A DNA stretch of 64,000 bases from Podarcis pityusensis (taxonomy: Eukaryota): assembly GCA_964106645.2 (NCBI GenBank), contig OZ067041.1, one strand, 5' to 3'. The position numbers and the translations under genes are program-made. The notes beneath the pieces were generated by a model, which saw only the letters and a list, made by a program, of their open reading frames with translations, did not search any database and was not told where the DNA came from. Below are positions 13,970-27,569 of this stretch, piece after piece (position 1 is the stretch's first letter; every line of letters begins with the position of its first letter).

Positions 13970-14906
13970 TAACTTAAAAAATCCAGACATTGAAGCGTAA
14001 GAAAGCATAAGCGCTAAACAGATACTGGTGAATAAACAATATATGGGAAAAGCAATGGTTAGCATAAGTTGAATATGGAAAATGTGCTGATGCATCTGGG
14101 GCAAGATCTGCATCTTGGAGACAGTGTTAGGTAATCTGAGATGTTGTACAAGAATGTTTTTGCAGCTGTACAGAATTTGCATATGCAGTTGAACTTCCAA
14201 GAAAATACAGTGCTCTTAAGAAATAAAACAGTTTTAATAAGTTTAACATTATGCATATCTTTTGAGAGTTAGTGTAATTTATTACATTTGACGCTTCTCA
14301 CATCTGAGGAAGTCTCAAAGGGAATTAGCAAAAAGAAAGAGACTGGGTACATCATGGATTTCATTACAATGGAACTGAAAATTATGCATATTTTAATATA
14401 CTGTATGTTTGCATTTGGGGGGTTTATATTTTAAGTTTTTGTGTTAAGACATTTCAGTCTAATGTGACTGAGGGCACTGTATTTCTGATGAAGATGTATT
14501 GTGGTACTCTGACACTCAGACAATTAAGCGTTATAGTGCACTTCCAAATTCTGGAACTTGCTTAAATATACAATTTGTTGTATATTTTTCATTCCTTTGC
14601 TATAGTTGAGGGAAGTGATTTTTGTTTTTAAGGAGTTTGGGAAAGGGCTATAGAAGAAAGGGTGGGAAATTTGGGACAACCTAGGTACAGTTGCTGTTGT
14701 GGGGCAGGGGAGGAGAGGAGCAATGAACATGACTGAGGAGTTTCGATAGCTTGAATGTGACAGTTCCAAGTTCTCACCAAATTTGGAAATATTTCACCAG
14801 AACTGTGCACACATTTTGAGACACACACCCCCAGACTCTACATTTGGGGGCTATTCTCTAAAATATATTATATGATTGCAGCAGTGAAAATTCCTGTAAA
14901 TCCTTC

Positions 14907-15330
14907 CAGCGGCGTAGCGTGGGTTGTCAGCACCCGGGGCAAGGCAAGTAATTTGCGCCCCCTAACCCGGGGCAAGGCAAGTAATTTGCGCCCCCTAACC
15001 CCTAACCTGCCGCCGCTGCCAGCTTCTTCTTGCTGCTGCCTGGTCTGGTCTGGTGTGGTTCTCTCCCGCGCTCAGCGCTGCGCTGGGCGGCCGCTGCACT
15101 GTCCCTCCCCCAGATAGTCCCTCGCTCTCTCTCCGCACCGCACACCTGGCACCCACCCCCTCCACAGTGGGCGGCGACCCAGCGGCTTGGATCGGATTCG
15201 CACAGCCAGCACTGCAGTGAGAGAGAGTGAGTGAGCCAGGTAGGGGCTGAGAGCTGCGAGTGCGAGCGCCCCCCCCAGATGTTGCGCCCGGTGCGGCCGG
15301 CCCCCCTGCACCCCCCACGCTACGCCACTG
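14907..15330. mobile_element. GC/CpG-rich non-autonomous hAT element
   Basis: TIRs CAGCGGCGTAGCGTGGG / CCCACGCTACGCCACTG; perfect 8-bp TSD AATCCTTC; internal 33-bp tandem duplication at 14933-14998. Confidence 0.92.
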
Positions 15331-18300
15331 AATCCTTCCCCCTTGCTTTTCATGCTAACATGGACACCTCCCACTTTGTCCTTCAGTGTCTTATGCAGAG
15401 TTGGAAATAGTATCTAAGCATTAGATACAATGTATTGTGAGTGGGCATCCATTGGTGCAACAGAACGGATATTTTTTATAGTCAAGCTACACATAGCTAC
15501 ACTGACAAATAGAAAAGGACAGTGCAAATATTCATAAGGGTTGCTTGTATATTAAAGACAAAAGTTCCTTTCATATTTATTAGCATAATTATTTCTATTC
15601 TATATGTTTTGCTCCAAGCTCCTAAAATTAGGACTGTGCCTGTTTGTTTGTTTGTTTGTTTGTTTGTTTTAAAAATATTTAAGTTTTTTTACAAAAACAA
15701 GTTGAAGATTAACAGTAGTAGTCAAAGTGTGAAAATATAGTCTGCATACATATTCCTGTGTGTGGTGATAAGCTCCTGTGTATAACATCAAATCTTCATA
15801 TGAGACCACAAGCAGTTCCCCCATGGCCTGCAAACTCGTGTCACCTGAATGGTAGATTGAAATCTACTGTGAATGTTTTTCTGAAGTGGATTTTCCCACA
15901 CAAGTACTATTCTGCTGTGTTATTTACCAATATAAAGCGCAATAATGTACTTCAAAATGGACCATTACCTAGATGAATCTGTTTTGTGAAAAAACTGTTA
16001 CAATACAATCAGAGGCAGTAAATTCAGTGAGCCTTCCTTCTAAATGATCTTAGGATTAGTGCATTTTAATTTGGACCATCTAATGCAGAAATCACCATGT
16101 TGCAAAGCGTGCTCATTAAAATGTGAAATTTGTCAAAGTATGGGCAGGCAATTTGGAAATTGCTTCATATTGCCAGTGGGGTGCATTTCCTTGCATAGAG
16201 TCTTATGAAAACCTCAAATGTGTTTAAGGTAACAGGAATAAAATTCAAACAGTAAATGTTTCAAATTGGAAAGGCCTAATCTATCTGAGGTAAACTGTGT
16301 TAAGTCCGATTGATTTGAGCAGAGAGATTTAAGCATGTGCTTAACTCACCCTCTGAAATGAATGGGATTTAACAGTACTTCATTTGAACTACCGTACTTC
16401 ATGCCCCCAGTTCTCCTAATATTCTAGGTTTGGTGGGGATTGGTCCATTCATAATTTATGGAATCTAGGAGGAGTCTAGTATTTATTATGATGATGATGA
16501 GTCACAATAAATTGTAGGTAGTTGTACATGTATTTTAAATCTGAGGCAATAACAAGTAAGTGCATAGGCAAAAATGGAGTCACATAACTTGGATACCTGA
16601 TTTGTGTGCCATTATCTTCTTGCCTGTTTCTTGTGCTTTGGGTGAATGAGTGGTCCTGTCCCTACTACAATCTCTTATCAAAGAGAATTTGAAACTGCTG
16701 GCTGATGGCAGAAACTTTCTGGGTGTCAGACACCAATCCCCCCAAATAAATTCAGAGTTCTTTGTGCTTCACTGCTACCATAGAGATTGTCAGGACCCCT
16801 CAATCTGTGTGTTTTTAATATATTTGGGTTTTTTAAAAAATGCTATAGAATCTGTAGTGTACAGACCAGTTGCTAAAACTATCTCTACAACCCTTCCTCC
16901 CTTAATTCTTTCACGCCCCATTGTTCCACCTTTTCCTTTCAATTACTCAACCTTTGCACATGCGCAACATCTCATTCTCAATACTGATGGGGAGGCATGT
17001 TGCTGCCTTGTTAGTAATGTGTTTTTTAATTTTTAAAAAATACAACTTATAAATGGTGTCCTCCAAACAAACCAGATGGCTAGACACATACTTCACAAGG
17101 AAAGGAAAGCTCTTTAAAATCAGTTCCGAAATTCAAACTGGTTATTTTTCTCCTCCCTTTGAGTTGTATCCAATGGTGCATTTCCATAATTAGAAGGAAT
17201 CATTCCTTTTGCAGAAGCATCTTTGATATAGTGGAGACCTCCACTGGCAAGAAGAGAAGAGGGAATTATCCTTTTAAGTCTGTGAAGCGGATTTAAGCAT
17301 TCAGGGGGAAAGGGCATTCCATCCTACAAAAAATGGGGAGGAAATAGTCCTCTAGATCAAACTGTTCCCTGAATGGAAGGACACCATGGAATTCAGCCCT
17401 GTATTTATAGTGTATAGGCAGTATTTCCTACCTTCTCTCCTATTTCTGCTATCTCTGAATTCCTTTTTATCCTAGTTATTTTAGAAATTCTGGCCACGAG
17501 GCTCATTCTTGCCCATCAATATCTACAGCTAATTTGAAGTGCAGGTTATTACTTCTAAGTTTTATTTTAAAATTATAAAGTAAGAGTGGAATCTAGTGCT
17601 CTGTGAGTGGACTTCCAATTGCGCACAGAAGCATTGGATACAACCCTGAATTTATAAAGGCCAAGTGTTGTGGGTTTCTTTACTCTAAACACCAGACCAT
17701 AGGCATATTCAGTTATTCGTCTGGTAATGCCAATGACAGCAACTTACAGGACAGAGCCAAGTTTTTATAAAACATGCTTATCATTTAACGTGATTTATTT
17801 GCCTTGTGTTTAGACTATTGCATGGTGAAGTTTATTTTGTGCATATACTTTTATTTTACTAATATATTATGAGCCATATTTCAATGACCCCTGTACATTT
17901 TTCATGCTGTCTTAATCCCAATGGCCTCTGTGCATGTAAGTAACCTGTCAAGTGACAATGCCTCTTTATTTGCTTCTTACGGTTTCCTTTCAGTAACTCC
18001 TTTTCTTTATTAGCTAGAAGTGTAGAAGTGTTTAAAAGTTCAGTCTGTAAATGTGTCCATGTACTCCTGAATTTGTGTTTAAAAAGTCATTTCTTCATTT
18101 CTGTTGGAAACCCTGAAATTATTAGTGGTCATGATTATTTACCAGAATGTTTTATTCTGTTTGTTTTGTAGTTAAGGAACTGTGTTCTGTTTTCACTAAG
18201 GGTGGTTCTACTCTTAGCAAATATAGCAAGGGCCTGAAAAGTACTACCGGGTGACCATTTTTGTTCTTATTAGCATGATATATTATTTTGGGGAGCTGGA

Positions 18301-19973
18301 GTGAAGTTTTTCAGAAGGGAACATTTTTTAGGACTTAATATTCCTAGTTACTGACTTAGGTGGGATATCGTAGAACAAGCTCTTTGATTTTAATAACCTG
18401 AGAATATAAGTGAAGCACGTTCTTGGTACATGGCAATATAGTTCTTGAGACATGTTTAGGGATAGCTCTGAAGAAATGTTAAAGATGTAAATATTAATAT
18501 CCTATCAAAAAATACCTAGAATTTGCCTGGAAATGTTTTTGAAACTAAAATGTTTCGCTTGCTGAAGTAGATATTGGCTTTTAATTCATCAAGTGTTTAT
18601 GCCCCACCTTTTGATCTCAAGGGACACCTCTGCCACCGTAGCAGCTATATGGTGTGTGGGGTTTATTTTTTAAGAAAACAAATTAAAAGCTTTCTGACAT
18701 TCTTGACATAATATTGCTGTACCTGGAGATAGATTTGGTCCAAACGTAGCCTTCCACAAATGAAAGGGGACCTTCAGCTGGCCAAAATGGGCTGAGATCC
18801 AGTGGCAACTTCCCTTGGAAGAAGGGGAGGACGTAATTGTCATTCATTTCCCCACTCCCTCTGCAACCCTCCTCGCCCCTCCACATGCTCTTCCGAGGCT
18901 TCCCTGGTCCTCCAGAGCAGCTTGTTGGGAGGAAGGCAGAGGAGGCTGCCGGGAGAATGGGAAAACTGACCAATGACAAAAATAAGGAGGAGAGTACTAT
19001 GGACAGAATTACACCTGCAGTTAGTCTGGATCCACCCACTGACCATCCTGTCCTGGAAATACATCTTTCCAGCTTTTCGGGGACATATGACTGAAAAAAT
19101 GTTTGGATGTCCTGGTTCTGAATCTAAATTTAAAACTGTACTCTAATAAATTGATTAAAGTTAAGCCATGCATACTGTTAGGTCCTCCCTTTTTTTTTTT
19201 CAAAATCATAGTAGACAATGTTTAATAGAATGGCTTCTTCACTATTAACATCATCATAATTTAGATATTCAAATATACCCTTACAGTTGGCCTAAATCCT
19301 TCAACTGACAATTGTTTTCTATAGAAATTATTAAAACACCAGAAACCTGTCATTATTGGCCACAAGTAAGGACAGGGTTGTTAATATGATTTGCTGTATC
19401 ATAGCAATTGACAGTGGTTTGAGATCGCATTGCAGTAAACATAAGGAAAATTGAGAACCTTTACTAGAGTCATATTTTATTAAATGCTTGAATTATGGTG
19501 GTGGCTTTATAGTGTGCCGTGAAGCCATCCTCTGTCATCAGATCTTTACTCACTGTCTGAAATTTAGAGAGCATGTTAATATAAAATTAGCACTTCTGTG
19601 TGAAGAGAACTCTACTTACAATTAATCTGATAAATGTATATGGAAGAGTAAGTAAAACAATAAAACCAAACAATTTAATGCATTTCGTTACTTTTGATAA
19701 AATCTAAATCTTTATTGTCTGTGTAAGTAGATGTTCTCATATTTGTATTCATCTGTCTACAAACTTTATTGCTCACTTTCAGGAATCCCAGAATTTTCCA
19801 GAAGCACTAATTTTTTGTAACGTGCATAGTGCATGATCTCAAATTCTTAAGCATGCAATTTGAAATATGATCCTAATATTGAAGCAAATTTAGTTTGTTT
19901 AATAAATTGAAAGAAGGAAATGGTTGGTTAAAATATTGGTTTAGCTTATAAATTTGACATTTGTGGATAGTAG

Positions 19974-20141
<168 letters not shown>

Positions 20142-20178
20142 TAAACAACATAATTTTGAATCTCTGTGATAATATTAA

Positions 20179-20280
<102 letters not shown>

Positions 20281-21987
20281 TAACTGTGTTATGAGGCAGA
20301 TAGCTGCATATTAACTACTAATTATGATATACCTAATTTGTTACTTTCTAACAATTGTAATTTGATTAAAAGCTAAATATGGTGGTGGTTTTCAGAGTTC
20401 CTCTACCAACTCCATCCATCAAGTCCCTTGCCACCTGCTTCACTTTGTGCATTCTGTAAACCATGTATGGAATATGGCCTGAATTTACTGTACACTGGAA
20501 GCAATCCCCAGGCTGTTTGCAGTCCTGCAGTCAGAGGTTGACCATAACTAATGCACAACTTTTATGTTGGGAACCGCCCTGCGATCTACAGATGAAAGGC
20601 AGTATACAGATTTAATTAATTAATAATATACATTGTTGTGCAAAAAGCAGAGCGCCAATACATTGCAAGAGACAACTGCAGGAGAAGGTGCTGCATGAAG
20701 AACGCATCTGATAGTTAAGAAGGCAATTCCTCTTTCTCTCTACACCCAGGAGAGATCATTGAGCAAACCAGCATGAGAGGAACTGCCTCCTGGAAACACT
20801 TCCAGCTTTTTTGTGTGCCCTTTCAGTCACAAGGCTGAAAATAAATTTTCTATCCTTTTCCTGACCCAAAAACCCTTAGCTGTGTTTTTTGGAAGTTTTT
20901 TCAATAAAGACATTTCAACTTTTCCTTTCTCTACACCCTAACCCCAATCTCAGAGTAGCAACTTGAGCCACGTACACCAATGAGCTGAAGTAGTAGAAGG
21001 CAGCTTCTGCTGCCTATCCCAATATTTTCTACTCTGCCAGCTGCTCTCCAGGATCTCAGGAAAGAATATTTCACAGCATCTACTACTGGAGATTGCCGAC
21101 AACTATATTCTGTGTGCAAAATTATTTTATTTATTCATTTCCCTTCTGCCAAGCACCCAGGGTGGTTTACAGTTTAAAAGGACTACAACAAATGATACAG
21201 TATGTAAAGCTGGCTTGGGGGGTGGGGAGACTGCTTGACCTCATGTTCTCTGTGCCTCACCCTCCTCTTCCTCCTCACGGGGGTTTTGTGTCTGGGCCCT
21301 GGGTGGTCCACCTAGAGCAAGCCCTGAGGTTGTCTATGCCCTCTTTTTCCTCCTCATAGGGCAGATGGTGTCTATTGGCTCTGTAAGTGAGGGGGAACAC
21401 CCTAGCTAGAGTGGGCCCTGACAACAAGCAATGGGCATTGCAGAATTGTAATGGGGATTATAGCATTATGTAGTTTCAAGTGAAACTTCTTTCATACCCC
21501 TTCCAGCTGATTGTGGAAGAGGAATACCTCAACAGCACCAAAGAACCCTAGTGCAGAAGCAAAATACTTTCCCTCATAAATTCACACAGTTTTGTGATCT
21601 GCCATGACAAATTTAGTCAGTTTTTCCTATTCCCTTCCACCTCCAGCCCTAGCACAACTCCCTGGCTGTCCGCTTCTCACAGTACAAATGTGGAACTTTC
21701 ACCCAGCCACATTTACACTAGATACAGCTAGGGATAACTACAACATTAACTCACCTATATGTTTTCTGAGGTTGAGATATTATGAACTGGGGGTAGTAAA
21801 AAGTATGGGGCTGCTATACTCGTAAAAAAATTATTCTAAAGAATTGCTTTCAGAAATGTTTTCTTGAGTGTTCTGCAATTTAAAAAACATCATTCTTGTT
21901 TTCCATCGCATGACAAAACAATGTAAAAATACTGAAATAATTAGTGGTAGTCTTCGCAAATACAAATATATGAAGGTGAAAAATAAT

Positions 21988-22100
21988 GTTGTCATTTAGT
22001 CATGTCTGACCCTTCGTGACCCCATGAACCAGAGCATACCAGGCACTCCTGTCTTCCACTGCCTCCCGCAGTTTGGTCAGACTCATATTAGTTGCTTCGA
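21988..22100 (-). mobile_element. 5'-truncated BovB/RTE LINE 3' end
   Basis: GACCCTTCGTGACCCCATGAACCAGAGC; 10-bp TSD GAAAAATAAT at 21978-21987 and 22101-22110. Confidence 0.85.
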
Positions 22101-22327
22101 GAAAAATAATAGTCCACCATATTTACTTATGAATCTCTTTGGCATCAGAATATATGGACGGTCTATTATAATCCTTTGGAGCAAATTTTGAGGGCATGCA
22201 AGGAGCTGCTGCAAAGGGGTTGAGGGGAAGTTAAAGTCCCCTTACATGAGCAGAAGTCTGCTCCATTGCTCATGGACAGCATTGGCAACCATCCTGTATG
22301 TATGTCTGTATTATAGATTGGGTGTGA

Positions 22328-22648
<321 letters not shown>

Positions 22649-23903
22649 TAAATTAACACATTTGATATGTTAATGAGCTTTTCTTCATATATGAACTTGA
22701 TTTTTAAATTGTTGGTATATATGAAAAACATATGACATTTTCCCACAAAATGAATCGGAGCTAACTATGTATCCTTTTTCTGAACATTTTTGTCTCTTGC
22801 AAAAAGAAATATGAAACAAAAAGTCCATCTGCAGTGTGTTTTACATCCCAGGTGGGCCACAAAAGTTTGTGAAAATATTTTCCAAGGCTGCCCCTAATTA
22901 TTTAGGCAATCAGGCCAGTACACTGTCTTGTTAGTGGGGTGTAACCACCTCAGCAACAAGGATGTTCCATACCCATTTAGAATGTGGGTTGACACATAGC
23001 CAAACCTTATTGTCTGTGAAATCATTGCCTTTGCAACATGATCCCTGATCAGCTGGGATCATTCAGGGAAGAGAACCTGGGGAATATAAAATGCCGCTGA
23101 ATCAGCAGTAGAGGGATAAACAAGCTGTGAACAGCAGTGGGAAAGGATGCAGCTAAGGGGCTTGTGGGGGAACATTTCCTCTCTAAATATTAAAATTTGG
23201 CGGGGCTCCTGAAAAGACTTCATACATAGCCCAAAGGGTTTCTTGCTATTTTTCAAGCACTAGTAAGAACAGTTGCGGACGGAAACAGTATTTTAAACTG
23301 CAGGTTGTCTTATGAACAATAGGAATTGTGCAGATGGGTTCTCTCATTTGTATAAATTGCAATGATATCAGCTTGAGTACTGGTTTGCAAAATCTTCAAC
23401 ATCAAACATCAAATACCTACAACTGTTGCGACCTGGTAGTCAGCAGCAGTTACACATACCTGCTATTCCTGGTTACCTAGTAGCAAATGAAAGCCCCTTC
23501 ACCTAGTTCTCTGCACATCACAAAGAAATCAAAGGTGGTAAAGATCTCTTCCCCTCTTGCTGTCACTCCTAAGTTCTCTAGCCTACTTCCAAGTGTCACC
23601 AATGCCTGATACGAACAGAAAGTCAGAGGACAGGTGGGGGTCAGTGGGAACCACAAATAGTGTCTGCCTGCCAAGCCCAGATAAAATTGGGGGCCCTTGT
23701 ATTATATTTAATTTATTTTTTACATTCAGTAGTACCATTGACAGAAACGAGTTCTAACAATGCATAGACATTTCGGGCGCTGCAAGGTTGGAAACACTTA
23801 TCAACTTACAATTTGGCTTCCAAAAGGATCCAGAATCATGTTTTGTCTTCAAATGTATTACAATGTATGCCATGCTCCTCCTCCTAAAATATTCTTTCCT
23901 TAG

Positions 23904-23987
23904 GCCCTGAAGGTCCTGAGGACTGCAGAGTTTGCTCCTTTTGTTGTTTTTATCGCTGCACCTACAATTACCCCAGGCATTAACGAG
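23904..23987 (+). CDS. CASK: CASK GK domain exon [28 protein letters not shown]
   Basis: Boundaries ccttag|GCC...GAG|gtaaga, 84 nt, phase 0-0. Confidence 0.97.
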
Positions 23988-24901
23988 GTAAGACTTTTGC
24001 AATGAAATCACATTTGTAGAGTACTTAAGAATAGGCACAAACAGAAACTTCATCCCTATTTGACGGAATTTAATGTGATAGATAATAGTGATGAATGAAA
24101 TCTTGATGAAGAAATCTTATATTCATTATTGTTTCTCTGTACTGTAATGGAAGTTTAAGACTACGTCCATTCATTCATTTTCCTTTCAAATCATCATTTG
24201 CATAAATATCCCTTTTTCTTTACCTGCTTTACCTTGTTTTAAAACCTACCTTAAAAGCACATATTTCTAAGGACATGTCTGTACCACTCATTTCTGCACA
24301 GTCGTTCACTGAAAATGCATGAGAGGATGATGGAAGTCTGCCTCTCTGTTTTATGTCACTGATTGTCCCTAAATAGAAGTTCACATCAAGTTTCTTTACA
24401 CACAGCTAGAGAATAACCTTTTTAAATATATAGATTTAGTTTGGACAATGTCTTGTGATGTGAAGACATTATCAGAGCTTCTTTTCCTTTTAATCTTTAA
24501 AACAATTTTTAGCATACTTACATTTATTGGGAAAGTAGGAGTTTGTTTTTTACTTTGTCCAAGCCCAGCTGCTTAAAACTTCCATATAGATCTATTTTAT
24601 TCATTTCATTTTGTATCAAGTGTCAATGGTGTCTAGGTGTAATTGTATATATTTTGGTATTGCGTTTTATAAAAAGCAAAATGCTGAACTCATGATTCCA
24701 AGATGGAGCAAGCACCTGTTCACTGAAATTGTATGACAGAACTGACAAAAGGAGACAGAAATTGAAATGAAAATAAGTGTAAGATGTGGTGATGTCACAG
24801 ACATATCCTCCTACATGACTGCCCTTGTTTTGTTTATTTTTCTTGAATTATCATTTTTACTTTTCTTCTCATTTTCTTGCACTTGTACTAATTTTATCTA
24901 G

Positions 24902-24928
24902 CTGCCAAAATGGTGCAGAAAGTTGCCT
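24902..24928 (+). CDS. CASK: Candidate CASK 27-nt microexon, LPKWCRKLP
   Basis: Long pyrimidine tract then atctag|CTG CCA AAA TGG TGC AGA AAG TTG CCT|gtaagt; phase 0-0 like the host intron; no stop. Confidence 0.6.
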
Positions 24929-25161
24929 GTAAGTACCAGCTTAGGAACCAATAATATATAATCCTTATTATTTTAAGTTGCACAGTGGAAAGGTGCCAGA
25001 CATGGACAGGAGCAGGAATTGCATTTCAGTAATGATGTCACAGACCAGTGAATGCACAGGTTACAATCCATGCAGGAGGAGGAGTAGTAACAGTGTATGA
25101 AGTAACAGTGTATGAAGGAAATATTTCATTTTCCCAAATATAAAATTATAGTACTTCTATT

Positions 25162-25678
25162 CAGTGCTTCTTTTCTAGAAAAAAAGGGTGACAGTTTTTA
25201 CCATGATTCTCTTCCTCCCTTTTCTCTCTCTCTCTCTCACACACACTCCTGTCCCTCCCCCCATTAATTAAAGGCCCCTCTCCCTCAACCTTGTCCCTTC
25301 TGCTCTTCACACCTACCCAACAGCCTGCCCCCCCCTTCTCCTTCCTTCCCCTCCTCCCAGCCACCAGCCACACCGTCCGCACTCACCTCTATGGCTTGCC
25401 CCAGCCCCAGAATGGAGGGCGATGGAGCCTTGTCCGCCTTCTCTCCCTCCCACCCCGTACACATGCAAAGAGCGAGCAGAGATGAAAGGGAAGTGGTACT
25501 CACTCGCTCAGCCGCTTGCAGCACTGCAAGGCAGCAGCATAGGAGCATGTCCAGGGCAGAAGAGGGGGAATGATGCAACCTGTTGACTGAGAGCAGCAAC
25601 TCCAGCCCCAAACAAGGACCTCCTTTTCCTCACTGCCACTGCCTCAGCCTCCTGCTTTTTGCAATCCCCCTTTTAGCC

Positions 25679-25715
<37 letters not shown>

Positions 25716-25803
25716 CTCCCCACCCTCCATATACCTTATCGCAAGATTGGTGGGGGGGTGCCAGTACTGCATACTGCTGAGTACTGCCAGAAAAAAAGCA
25801 CTG
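25162..25803. mobile_element. Non-autonomous DNA transposon (hAT-like) with internal (TTGC)n and CT-rich repeats
   Basis: TIRs CAGTGCTTCTTTTCT / AGAAAAAAAGCACTG; degenerate 8-bp flanks. Confidence 0.65.
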
Positions 25804-25904
25804 CCTCTGCTGATAGGAAAATGTTATATCCCTGAAGCCAAAATGCAGCTTCTTGGTAGATACTTAGACTAATGAGGAACAACTGCACTTTCTTTGCCTT
25901 ACAC

Positions 25905-26040
25905 CAGGCATCCCCAACCTTCAGCCCTCCAGATGTTTGGGACTACAATTCCCATCATCCCTGACCACTGGTCCTGTTAGCTAGGGATCATGGGAGTTGT
26001 AGGCCAAAACATCTGGAGGGCCGCAGGTTGAAGGTGCCTG
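25905..26040. mobile_element. Short palindromic hAT-type MITE
   Basis: TIRs CAGGCATCCCCAACCT / AGGTTGAAGGTGCCTG; perfect 8-bp TSD CCTTACAC. Confidence 0.9.
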
Positions 26041-27317
26041 CCTTACACCATGATCATTTTAAGGCCCATAGTATCACCAGGGTGTGGCTATAACATGCCT
26101 GGCTTCTGAATCCATTGGCTCTGAATCTTAGTACTTTTCTGCTTCACTTCCCTTTCCTGATACGTGCCTGTTCAGGAGGAGTGTGGTACAAATGGAAATG
26201 ACAAGCGCTCAGAGTAAAGCCTCACACAATTTTCTCAGAATGTGTGTTGTTCTGTGAATGTTTCCCGTGGTGGCAATTTCATATAGGCCAAAGTAATGAA
26301 GAGGGAGCAATATATCTGTGGATTAGTTGATACCGCAGGTCTCATGTTGCTAATGCACAATACCCAAACTAGAAGCTCTTTGTGTGCGTAGGCTGCTCCT
26401 ATTGGAGGGAGCAGAGTTGTCCCTGTGAAGGCAACACCAGCATTTATAGGTTTAGAGCACATGTGGGATACATACGGCTCTCTGGTTGTTGGTCATGCTG
26501 GCTGGAGTTGATGGGAGTTGAAAATCCAACATCTGAAAGACCACAGGTTCCCCACACTTTTAAAGGGTTTGCAAAAGTGTGCACATCAGAAAAACTTAAT
26601 ATGATCCTGTAATGGTTTCCCAACTTCCCTGTTCTCTAATACACTTTAGTAGTTCATGTGTACCAGAGAGCATACAATGTATTCCTTTTAGTCAACACCA
26701 TCTACCAATTCGTTGTGAATAAAGGAACTTCCAGTTTGTGTGAATTAAGCGATTTCACAAGGGCCGCCCCATTCATTTAAATAAGGGGGCGACTAACATG
26801 GGGCCCTCCAGACATTTCAGGACTACAGCTCCCATCATCCCTGACCCTTGGCCATGCTAGCTGTGACTGATGGGAGTTGGAATCCAATAACATCTGCAAG
26901 GCCACAGGTTAGCTCCACCCCCACCCACCCCCAATTTAGAAAGAGACAACAGAATCATGCTCATGTTCCTTTATGCGTGCAGATCTGCTTCTTTCACTGA
27001 AATGAATTAGATTGCTCATGTGCCTTAATCAAATCAATGCATAACAGAAGACAAATAGGTTGTATGTGGTGTGTTGTCCTTAATGACATAGCCCTCCACA
27101 CCCCTTGGTCCTTGTTTATGCTGATCCTTTTTTCTCATCTTCATTCCTTGTCCATTCAAGTCTCCCTGAAAGTAGATAAGTGTATGGTTGTGTTGTGAGA
27201 AACCTAAGACTGTGGCAAACTGTATAACAAATTAAGTGGAATTTGGCGTTTATTAAGGTACTAAATCACTGACAAATTCTTAGGTAAGAATTTCATTTGG
27301 TAGTCTCTTCTGTATAA

Positions 27318-27569
<252 letters not shown>

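Noticed and set aside
14872-15374. Several overlapping GC-rich ORFs
   Set aside because: All lie within the hAT MITE; stop-poor GC-rich sequence with no recognisable protein
17814-17940. Possible CASK microexon tag|ACTATTGCATG|gtgaag or longer exon to gtaagt at 17936, with two TGCATG (RBFOX) motifs
   Set aside because: The 11-nt form breaks the frame and the longer form is AT-rich with stops; no support beyond motif matches, although a poison exon cannot be excluded
18683-19094. Overlapping ORFs on both strands in a CASK intron, considered as a nested gene such as GPR34/GPR82
   Set aside because: Short, no 7TM or other family motifs; probably repeat-derived. The nested GPCR genes lie in more 5' CASK introns outside this window
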